Positions 39,572 to 50,700 of a stretch of 64,000 nt of DNA are shown here, piece by piece. How positions within the stretch are numbered: position 1 is the first letter of the stretch; each line of letters starts with the position of its first letter. Position numbers and translations under genes: made by a program. Source of the DNA: Nitrosopumilus sp. (GTDB lineage: Archaea; Thermoproteota; Nitrososphaeria; Nitrososphaerales; Nitrosopumilaceae); NCBI GenBank assembly GCA_965219345.1, contig OZ244732.1, positions 1,600,001-1,664,000 on the forward strand, written 5' to 3'. The notes under the pieces were generated by a model. The model saw nothing but the letters and a program-made list of their open reading frames with translations. It did no database searches and was not told the origin of the DNA.

Positions 39572-41257
39572 TTGACACAAACATCAATGAGCGAGCCAAA
39601 GTCAGATACTCTGGATCTCATACCGGTAAGAATGCTTACACAGTATGCATACTGCAAGCGCCTGGCATACATGGAATGGGTGCAAGGCGAGTTTGAGTAT
39701 AATGCAGACGTAGTAGACGGCAAGTATCAGCACAGAAATGTAGACAAGCCGTCTGGAACAAAACAGACTGATCAGGACACAGATGAAAAGATTCATGCAA
39801 GATCAGTCACCATGTCAGATGCAAAACTCGGACTCGTATCTAAGATGGATCTGCTTGAGATGGAGGGAAATACCGCAACTCCGATAGAATACAAGCGTGG
39901 AAGCACTCCCAAGAATCCTAACAGGACGTATGAGGATCATGTCGTGCAGGTGTGTGCACAGGGACTGTTGCTTCGCGCAAACGGATACACATGCACCAGA
40001 GGCATTGTCTACTACATATCATCAAAGCAGAGAATAGAAGTCAATCTAGATGATGAGACGGTAAAAAAGACAAAACAGATGATCATGGAGATGAGGGAGA
40101 TGGCAAGTACTGACATGATGCCGCCTCCTCTTGTAGACAGTCCAAAGTGTCCGCGATGTTCTCTTGTCGGCATATGTCTGCCAGACGAAACAAACATGCT
40201 ATCCAAAAACGTGAGCCATATGAATAAGGATCAGATCCGCAGGATGTACCCAATGCGAAACGATGCCATCCCGATGTACGTGCAGGAGCAGGGGGCATAT
40301 GTAACAAAATCCGGAGAATGCATCCACGTAAAGACAAGAGAGGGATCTGTAAAAAAAGTCAGGCTAATTGACATCTCAGAGATCACAGTGTTTGGAAACG
40401 TACAGATAACAACCCCTGCAATACGGGAACTGTGCAACAGAAACATTCCCATCTGCTACATGACATACGGAGGATGGTTTACCGGCATGATTTCAGGACT
40501 GTCCCACAAGAATGTGGAGCTTCGCATAGGCCAGCACAGAATATACGAAAAGAAGAATGCATCTATGGCAATAGCTCGCGAGATTGTGTTTGCAAAGATA
40601 AAAAATTGTGTAACAATGCTGCGCAGAAACCACAAATCTCCCCCAAAAGACAAGATAGACGAGCTGGACGGATTTGCAGAGCGAGCACGTACTGTCAGGC
40701 AGTATGAGACACTTCTGGGAATAGAAGGAATGGCAGCTCGCATATATTTTTCAGAGTTTAACGGTATGGTAAAATCGGAGTCGATGTATTTCGAGTTTGT
40801 AGGCAGAAACAGGAGGCCTCCAAAGGATCCAGTCAATGCAATTCTGTCTTTTTTGTATGCGATGCTGACAAGGCAGGCGGTGACTACTGTGAGCATGGTT
40901 GGCCTTGATCCATATCTGGGGTATCTTCACAGGCCAAAGTATGGCAAACCTGCACTTGCGCTTGATCTGATTGAAGAATTTCGGCCAATTGTGGCAGATT
41001 CTGTCTGCATCACGCTTATCAATAACGGAGAGATAACCCCATCAGACGTGATAAAGACACGCTTTGGTGTGAATCTCACAAGTAATGGAAGGCGTAATGT
41101 GATAACTGCATATGAAAGGCGGATGGACACTACCATAACACATCCGATTTTGGGTTATGCTGCAAGTTATAGGAGGGTTATGGAGACGCAGGCAAGATTA
41201 CTCTCCAGACACATCCTAGCGGAGATCCCGGCATATCCTGCATTTAGGACAAGGTGA
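39572..41257 (+). CDS. cas1: Cas4-Cas1 fusion (type I-G adaptation)
   Basis: Cas4: YCKR, D...EYKRG, C..CSL...C; Cas1: LLGIEG, RNRRPP.DP.NA.LS..Y, GLDPY.G.LH, DL.EEFRP. Confidence 0.96.
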   Translation: MTQTSMSEPKSDTLDLIPVRMLTQYAYCKRLAYMEWVQGEFEYNADVVDGKYQHRNVDKPSGTKQTDQDTDEKIHARSVTMSDAKLGLVSKMDLLEMEGNTATPIEYKRGSTPKNPNRTYEDHVVQVCAQGLLLRANGYTCTRGIVYYISSKQRIEVNLDDETVKKTKQMIMEMREMASTDMMPPPLVDSPKCPRCSLVGICLPDETNMLSKNVSHMNKDQIRRMYPMRNDAIPMYVQEQGAYVTKSGECIHVKTREGSVKKVRLIDISEITVFGNVQITTPAIRELCNRNIPICYMTYGGWFTGMISGLSHKNVELRIGQHRIYEKKNASMAIAREIVFAKIKNCVTMLRRNHKSPPKDKIDELDGFAERARTVRQYETLLGIEGMAARIYFSEFNGMVKSESMYFEFVGRNRRPPKDPVNAILSFLYAMLTRQAVTTVSMVGLDPYLGYLHRPKYGKPALALDLIEEFRPIVADSVCITLINNGEITPSDVIKTRFGVNLTSNGRRNVITAYERRMDTTITHPILGYAASYRRVMETQARLLSRHILAEIPAYPAFRTR

Positions 41258-41261
41258 GAGG

Positions 41262-41549
41262 TTGCGCAACAGATACTTTGTGTGTTACGATGTTTCAGAT
41301 CCGCAGCGGCTTGCGCAGACATACAAGAAGATGAAAGGATACGGAGAAGCAGTACAGTATTCCGTGTTTGCCTGCGATCTAAATGACAAGGAGATCATAA
41401 TTATGAAGGAGGATCTGGGGAACATATTAAACCTAGAAGAGGACAGAATTTTGATGATCAACATCGGATCGGTGGACAAAAGCAAGGATCGTGTGTCCAC
41501 TATGGGCATGTCGCTTGAAACACAAAAGGAGGCATCCATAGTGATATGA
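41262..41549 (+). CDS. cas2: CRISPR-associated Cas2
   Basis: YFVCYDV, VQYSVF, EDR. Confidence 0.96.
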   Translation: MRNRYFVCYDVSDPQRLAQTYKKMKGYGEAVQYSVFACDLNDKEIIIMKEDLGNILNLEEDRILMINIGSVDKSKDRVSTMGMSLETQKEASIVI

Positions 41550-41727
41550 TAAAGACGATGCGAGATGTCGTGACTCATCGCATCTACGAAGAAGCGCTTG
41601 CAGATGTGTTTTATGGTAAAAAAAATATGCGTAAAATATACTTGCACGGTATGACCAAAACGTCGGCAAACAAAGAAAAAACAACGAAGAGCGAAAATTT
41701 CTTGACGAATCCTGAGAAAATGACAGG
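41550..41727 (+). promoter_or_regulatory. CRISPR leader
   Basis: A-rich stretch between cas2 and the first repeat; the degenerate repeat lies at the opposite end of the array. Confidence 0.8.
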
Positions 41728-44700
41728 ATTTCCATAACGAAAAAGTTATGGCCCCATTGAAGCTTTTACCTCGAATATTGAAAAGTCTATTCTAACACCT
41801 TGAATTTCCATAACGAAAAAGTTATGGCCCCATTGAAGCAATGCAAATCGAAAATAATTATGCTACAATCGGCAGAATTTCCATAACGAAAAAGTTATGG
41901 CCCCATTGAAGCACAAAAGTCAATCTTCACTTTCTCCTTGGATTTTTGATTTCCATAACGAAAAAGTTATGGCCCCATTGAAGCTCTTCTTTGTTTCCTG
42001 CCATAATTATTCAGAACAATCAGGATTTCCATAACGAAAAAGTTATGGCCCCATTGAAGCTAGTAAGATATTGTAAGGCGTCTTGCTCATCATCTCGATT
42101 TCCATAACGAAAAAGTTATGGCCCCATTGAAGCTCCTCTTCGTCTAAAGTTCCTCGAAGAAGAAAATTCCAAATTTCCATAACGAAAAAGTTATGGCCCC
42201 ATTGAAGCTTTGACAAGTCTACAACAGTACCTGAGGTGTGTAAAATTTCCATAACGAAAAAGTTATGGCCCCATTGAAGCACGGATGTGGATATGAGACA
42301 CATGAAAGGAGTCCCATAATTTCCATAACGAAAAAGTTATGGCCCCATTGAAGCTTCAAGCTGAATTGATAGTCCCTCCAGTGCTCTATCCCTTATTTCC
42401 ATAACGAAAAAGTTATGGCCCCATTGAAGCATTAATTTCAGTGCCAATAACAATTGATTTTTTGGTTAAATTTCCATAACGAAAAAGTTATGGCCCCATT
42501 GAAGCGATACCAGTATCGATTTGTAGCCTTTGCCCCATATACTTAATTTCCATAACGAAAAAGTTATGGCCCCATTGAAGCTCCAGTTCCTTGCCCTTTA
42601 GGCCGTCATCCCACTCGAAATTTCCATAACGAAAAAGTTATGGCCCCATTGAAGCCTCGATGGACTCCTCTATTTCTCCCTGGGCTGATTTATTTCCATA
42701 ACGAAAAAGTTATGGCCCCATTGAAGCTTAATTCCTGATGTTGTTGCTCAAGAAACTGCGGCGGAATTTCCATAACGAAAAAGTTATGGCCCCATTGAAG
42801 CAGATAAAACATGAAGGATCAAATTAAGACAAGGCCCATTTCCATAACGAAAAAGTTATGGCCCCATTGAAGCTCCCTAGGGGAATCGATTACATTCCCA
42901 TTAGGAAAATTTCCATAACGAAAAAGTTATGGCCCCATTGAAGCACTTTTTTGGGACAAGTTGTGCATTATTACAAAAAGGCAAATTTCCATAACGAAAA
43001 AGTTATGGCCCCATTGAAGCAAAGTATAGTTACAAAATTATGTTAACACAAAAAAGAAATTTCCATAACGAAAAAGTTATGGCCCCATTGAAGCCGTGAC
43101 ACCTTTGCAATTCCCCCCGCCAATTCCAACAATTTCCATAACGAAAAAGTTATGGCCCCATTGAAGCTCTGTTCTGGAGGAAAGTTAGTATCAGTGTATG
43201 ATGCCGAATTTCCATAACGAAAAAGTTATGGCCCCATTGAAGCTTCCCTCAGGATCAATAAACACCTGCTCTGACATTAATTTCCATAACGAAAAAGTTA
43301 TGGCCCCATTGAAGCAGATCACTAAATTCCAATGATGTGTTTGCCAGTGTCTGATTTCCATAACGAAAAAGTTATGGCCCCATTGAAGCCATCATCATCG
43401 ATTCCATCATCATCGATTCCATCATATTTCCATAACGAAAAAGTTATGGCCCCATTGAAGCATTTTTTCGGCGGTGCTAACCATGTCGATCATAACGAAT
43501 TTCCATAACGAAAAAGTTATGGCCCCATTGAAGCAAAGACTGGCAGTAACTACTAGGTCTACTCCCTTTTTTTAGCATATTTCCATAACGAAAAAGTTAT
43601 GGCCCCATTGAAGCTTTTCTATGTTTGCCGACTTTATTATATCCCAGTTCAACCCCAATTTCCATAACGAAAAAGTTATGGCCCCATTGAAGCGTTTTTG
43701 GCGGTGTTTCCTCCTCCACCAACGGATGTGATTTCCATAACGAAAAAGTTATGGCCCCATTGAAGCTGTCGTAACTATCACCGGTGCCTGCGATGGTTCT
43801 GCATTATTTCCATAACGAAAAAGTTATGGCCCCATTGAAGCATAACAAAGGAATTGCTGCCGGCCATATCACGGCAGATTTCCATAACGAAAAAGTTATG
43901 GCCCCATTGAAGCCTCCTCCTCCTTCCCCCATTTGTCCTGCAGAATCCATTGATTTCCATAACGAAAAAGTTATGGCCCCATTGAAGCGGTAAGCCCCTT
44001 TACGGAGATAATTTGGAGGATAGTAATTTCCATAACGAAAAAGTTATGGCCCCATTGAAGCTCACGGGACAGTCCCGCGGTACGGGTGGAACCGAGATTT
44101 CCATAACGAAAAAGTTATGGCCCCATTGAAGCATTGAGTGTTCTTGCGTTGCTTTGGTGTGCTGTGCTACATTTCCATAACGAAAAAGTTATGGCCCCAT
44201 TGAAGCTGATTTTCCAGCCGTTTTTACGACGGCCTTAGTATTTAATTTCCATAACGAAAAAGTTATGGCCCCATTGAAGCGAATAAAATTTTGGGTGATA
44301 TGGTTAATCCAAAAATATTTCCATAACGAAAAAGTTATGGCCCCATTGAAGCCGGTATTGGTACTAGTTCCGGTATTGGCTCTTCCGGATTTCCATAACG
44401 AAAAAGTTATGGCCCCATTGAAGCATGGGCTTGCTGGGTGTTCATCCTGCTTTCATCGTAGATTTCCATAACGAAAAAGTTATGGCCCCATTGAAGCCTA
44501 CTTCCTCGAGATGGACACTTGTAATATATTTAAAGTTCGTAATTTCCATAACGAAAAAGTTATGGCCCCATTGAAGCACATTTACCAGTTTCATCAAAAT
44601 AGTGCATACAATCACATTTCCATAACGAAAAAGTTATGGCCCCATTGAAGCTCTTTTGTTGCTGAGTGCATGTACCTTGGAGCGAGAAAATTTCCATAAC

Positions 44701-47700
44701 GAAAAAGTTATGGCCCCATTGAAGCAACGAATTCGGTAGGCTTACATCACCCACTACGGACGGGAATTTCCATAACGAAAAAGTTATGGCCCCATTGAAG
44801 CCCAGTCTTCCCGCTTTAGCTCCAGGATTCCCGTAGTTATCAATTTCCATAACGAAAAAGTTATGGCCCCATTGAAGCCCATGCAGGCCGTTAGGTCGCT
44901 GCGCACTTGTGACAAATTTCCATAACGAAAAAGTTATGGCCCCATTGAAGCAATTTTCTCATGGTTGCTTGACAGGGTCAATACCTCCATATTTCCATAA
45001 CGAAAAAGTTATGGCCCCATTGAAGCCTTTTTTCGTTAATCGCGAAAGTGCCGAATAAACCGAATTTCCATAACGAAAAAGTTATGGCCCCATTGAAGCT
45101 TGCCTTCCAATTTTTAATACAGTTTCTTCTCCAAAATTTCCATAACGAAAAAGTTATGGCCCCATTGAAGCGAAACGCAATCGGCACGGACATCAACCCA
45201 AAGGCAATTGAGCTGTGTCTGCAGATTTCCATAACGAAAAAGTTATGGCCCCATTGAAGCTTTCCCATGCCGCTAAACGCGGTGAGCGTCTAACAATTGC
45301 GGCCCAAATTTCCATAACGAAAAAGTTATGGCCCCATTGAAGCAAAAGTTGGGAATTTATTACCGAATCTGCCAAACTGAATTTCCATAACGAAAAAGTT
45401 ATGGCCCCATTGAAGCTTATCATGGATAATGTCGCCAAATTGCCTACATTTTTTATTTCCATAACGAAAAAGTTATGGCCCCATTGAAGCTCGCTCATGT
45501 CACCGCCGCCGCCTCCAAGCATTCCGCATTTCCATAACGAAAAAGTTATGGCCCCATTGAAGCTAGTTTGTTGGCAAGTAGTTCAAAGGTTGCTGTTTCT
45601 TATTTCCATAACGAAAAAGTTATGGCCCCATTGAAGCATATCTGGTCCATCCTACATTATCTGGTATGTCTGGTATTTCCATAACGAAAAAGTTATGGCC
45701 CCATTGAAGCAGAATCATATAATCTAACACCGTGGAGTCTGTGGATGATTTCCATAACGAAAAAGTTATGGCCCCATTGAAGCTTGCTCCTACTCTGTCC
45801 CTTACTACTTCTGAGATGAATTTCCATAACGAAAAAGTTATGGCCCCATTGAAGCATGGTCATGTGAGAACCACCTTCGAATTGAAGGTTACCAATTTCC
45901 ATAACGAAAAAGTTATGGCCCCATTGAAGCTCGAAAACAGGTGCCCATCCGTCAACCTCATTTCCTCCACTGGATTTCCATAACGAAAAAGTTATGGCCC
46001 CATTGAAGCTTAGTTTCTGCTGTTTTTCCGTCTCGTTTTGCCTTAACCAATTTCCATAACGAAAAAGTTATGGCCCCATTGAAGCACCTAATCCTTCCAT
46101 AGGAACGCAATAGCACCTCCTAATTTCCATAACGAAAAAGTTATGGCCCCATTGAAGCACGATTGATGAGCAAACACCAACTTTACCAGACATACATTTC
46201 CATAACGAAAAAGTTATGGCCCCATTGAAGCAAAGAATAATCAACATCGCTAAACGGAACAAATGGAAATTTCCATAACGAAAAAGTTATGGCCCCATTG
46301 AAGCGGCTAAAATTACAGCATCATAGATGTAGTTGCTGCGGGATTTCCATAACGAAAAAGTTATGGCCCCATTGAAGCACATCGACAATAATTCGTGAAG
46401 AATTGAAATATTCGAGATTTCCATAACGAAAAAGTTATGGCCCCATTGAAGCTTGTCCAGCAAATGTTAGAAATAGAAAGTTTGTTGATTTCCATAACGA
46501 AAAAGTTATGGCCCCATTGAAGCCCGTGTTGACGACCATTACAATTTGTATGCCAAATTACAAATTTCCATAACGAAAAAGTTATGGCCCCATTGAAGCG
46601 TAATTGCGTGAATACATACTGGAAAAGTGCATATCCCAATTTCCATAACGAAAAAGTTATGGCCCCATTGAAGCGATTTCATTTTGTAAAATTTGGAGTG
46701 CCTCATTATCATTTCCATAACGAAAAAGTTATGGCCCCATTGAAGCGGTGGAGTTGTAATGCTGAGGTTTGGGGAAATACAGAATTTCCATAACGAAAAA
46801 GTTATGGCCCCATTGAAGCAGCGACCGGGAAAAAATCCGCGTCGATTGTAACGCGCGAATTTCCATAACGAAAAAGTTATGGCCCCATTGAAGCTCAGCC
46901 CCGAGCCCCCCCCCCCTAGTCGCAGATTAACCCCACATTTCCATAACGAAAAAGTTATGGCCCCATTGAAGCTTTTGATGGTCTAAATTTTCTAACGCCC
47001 TTTTCAAAAATTTCCATAACGAAAAAGTTATGGCCCCATTGAAGCTATTATAGGAATAAAGTTGAAGAGTGCATAGTTGCGACAAATTTCCATAACGAAA
47101 AAGTTATGGCCCCATTGAAGCTACCTATTGTTTTTACCGGCTTGATGATTTCACCGGCGATTTCCATAACGAAAAAGTTATGGCCCCATTGAAGCACTTT
47201 CAGTGTAGGAAACACGCAGAAAGACTAGTGAAATTTCCATAACGAAAAAGTTATGGCCCCATTGAAGCTGAAATCTTTGTCAGTCTTTATGGTTCGCCTA
47301 AAAATATTTCCATAACGAAAAAGTTATGGCCCCATTGAAGCAAAAACTCGAAGGCAATAACGGCCATAAAAAAAACTGATTTCCATAACGAAAAAGTTAT
47401 GGCCCCATTGAAGCCACCACCTCCATCAGCGCGTCATACACCGTGGTCTCCTCGCCATTTCCATAACGAAAAAGTTATGGCCCCATTGAAGCAACGTGTA
47501 CGGTTACAATGAACCAGATGATGAACCCATATTTCCATAACGAAAAAGTTATGGCCCCATTGAAGCGTATTTCATAGTGATCACACTGAGAATAATTTCT
47601 ATAAATTTCCATAACGAAAAAGTTATGGCCCCATTGAAGCGCCCCAACTGAAGTAATCATCCTCAATCACGGTGTCAATTTCCATAACGAAAAAGTTATG

Positions 47701-50700
47701 GCCCCATTGAAGCATGAAGTATTGAGTGCCAGTCCCTGATTCCACTGAAATTTCCATAACGAAAAAGTTATGGCCCCATTGAAGCTCTAATATCGCTCTA
47801 AAGGCAATTCCATTTAGCGCAATTTCCATAACGAAAAAGTTATGGCCCCATTGAAGCATCTTTTCATCATCATTACCATGAGGACAACTACAAGCATTTC
47901 CATAACGAAAAAGTTATGGCCCCATTGAAGCATCAAAATCAATCCCATATTCGCGCTTGTACCGATATCATTTCCATAACGAAAAAGTTATGGCCCCATT
48001 GAAGCGGAGCGCCAACGATTGTAAACGCGAGTCCTGTAGTTATTTCCATAACGAAAAAGTTATGGCCCCATTGAAGCTCTCACCTTCCGCTGATTCCCAT
48101 CTTACCAGTAGGTGAGATTTCCATAACGAAAAAGTTATGGCCCCATTGAAGCAGCCTAGTGTGTGTAACCGCCCGCTGAAAAGGACTATTATTTCCATAA
48201 CGAAAAAGTTATGGCCCCATTGAAGCAAAACCTTTGGCCATAACAAATTATGTTGCTGTTGCTACATTTCCATAACGAAAAAGTTATGGCCCCATTGAAG
48301 CTCTTTTTGTTGGGTCTTCCATGTCGTGATAATTTGACATTTCCATAACGAAAAAGTTATGGCCCCATTGAAGCGCCCTCCTCTGTCATTTGTCTAGTCC
48401 TAAAGCCGAGATTTCCATAACGAAAAAGTTATGGCCCCATTGAAGCTTAGTTCGGAAGGATCAAAGGGAAAAATATCGGACAATTTCCATAACGAAAAAG
48501 TTATGGCCCCATTGAAGCTGGTATGTACCGGGCGCGGACGGAAAAAGCGCCAAAATTTCCATAACGAAAAAGTTATGGCCCCATTGAAGCTCCATATCTC
48601 GCCTTTCGTTGTTTATCTAATCTAAATTTCCATAACGAAAAAGTTATGGCCCCATTGAAGCGAAGTTGCTACTCCTTTTGTCTTTTCCACAAAAACCGTA
48701 TTTCCATAACGAAAAAGTTATGGCCCCATTGAAGCACTGCCGTAAATTCCGACTAATCCAGCCATACCAAAATTTCCATAACGAAAAAGTTATGGCCCCA
48801 TTGAAGCTTGGATCTGCTATCTTTCCCATGGTGGTGACAGCCCGATTTCCATAACGAAAAAGTTATGGCCCCATTGAAGCGGTGTATACAACGATAATAA
48901 CAGCCAGGTATTTGGCAGATTTCCATAACGAAAAAGTTATGGCCCCATTGAAGCAGTTATCTTGGGTGGATCAATCGGTTTTTTATTTCAGGTAGAATCT
49001 GAATTTCCATAACGAAAAAGTTATGGCCCCATTGAAGCATGGTCATGTGACTTCCGCCCTCATATTGCAAATTGCCGTATTTCCATAACGAAAAAGTTAT
49101 GGCCCCATTGAAGCACAAGTCTTTACGGTTCGCCCAAAAATTCTCGTTATATTTCCATAACGAAAAAGTTATGGCCCCATTGAAGCTCAGTACTCCTGAT
49201 AGCACGAGCAATTAAAGCACTAGATTTCCATAACGAAAAAGTTATGGCCCCATTGAAGCTAATATCCATTCTCTAATTTTGTTTTTTCTGCATATCTATT
49301 TCCATAACGAAAAAGTTATGGCCCCATTGAAGCTGTGAGAATGAGCTGTCGGATTTCAGGATGTTTAGATTTCCATAACGAAAAAGTTATGGCCCCATTG
49401 AAGCTGTGATAAAGCCATCTGCAACCAGCACGTAATTTCTATTTCCATAACGAAAAAGTTATGGCCCCATTGAAGCGTGTAATTGACTTGAGAAATTGTT
49501 TTTGATTGTTCCAAATTTCCATAACGAAAAAGTTATGGCCCCATTGAAGCTGTAATTGACCTAACCAATCTACTGGAGGGTCATTAATTTCCATAACGAA
49601 AAAGTTATGGCCCCATTGAAGCTGAGAGGTCCATGAAAAATTTGGGAATCAAGGCGGTATTTCCATAACGAAAAAGTTATGGCCCCATTGAAGCCAGAAA
49701 CTTTGATACAAAGTGAAAGCATCAAACTTGATTTCCATAACGAAAAAGTTATGGCCCCATTGAAGCGTCTATTTGGCGAATCTAAGGGATTCATCTAAAT
49801 GTCCGATTTCCATAACGAAAAAGTTATGGCCCCATTGAAGCTTGGATACTTTGACGATGCTGAAGAGGTTGAAAAATATTTCCATAACGAAAAAGTTATG
49901 GCCCCATTGAAGCTTTAATTTCGGTATGTTTAGGACGCCAGATGAAACAATTTCCATAACGAAAAAGTTATGGCCCCATTGAAGCTGATGCTAGTTTTGT
50001 TAAGGGGAATTAATTTTTCCTTGATTTCCATAACGAAAAAGTTATGGCCCCATTGAAGCAGGGTCTTGCTGGACACACGACTGGGATTTCTTGATGAGAT
50101 TTCCATAACGAAAAAGTTATGGCCCCATTGAAGCACAGACTGGGATTGGGATGTTTCAGGTGACCTAAATAATTTCCATAACGAAAAAGTTATGGCCCCA
50201 TTGAAGCCCTGGTTTTCCACTTCCTATAATTCCTGGACAAATTCAGATTTCCATAACGAAAAAGTTATGGCCCCATTGAAGCTTCGGAATGTGGTTTCTT
50301 AATCAATCGGACGAATCTGAATTTCCATAACGAAAAAGTTATGGCCCCATTGAAGCAAATTCCTCTGATGTTGCCAGTGTTCCTCTTTTGGTATTTCCAT
50401 AACGAAAAAGTTATGGCCCCATTGAAGCTCTGTTTAGTAAAATGATGGATTACTGGGGATTGACCACGATTTCCATAACGAAAAAGTTATGGCCCCATTG
50501 AAGCGGAGACAACTAGAGAAATAATATAATGACAGAAATACCTATTTCCATAACGAAAAAGTTATGGCCCCATTGAAGCACGACAATAATAACATTCTAC
50601 TTCCCGACCCCTGGATAAATTTCCATAACGAAAAAGTTATGGCCCCATTGAAGCCCAACTACAAGAACGTAAATTGTCTTGTAATAGATATTTCCATAAC

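Noticed and set aside
43316-50392. Partial similarity between spacers starting at 43316 and 50357 (AAATTCC..TGATG..TTGCCAGTGT), and shared 10-mers in some adjacent spacers
   Set aside because: Needs a gap or is too short to separate from chance
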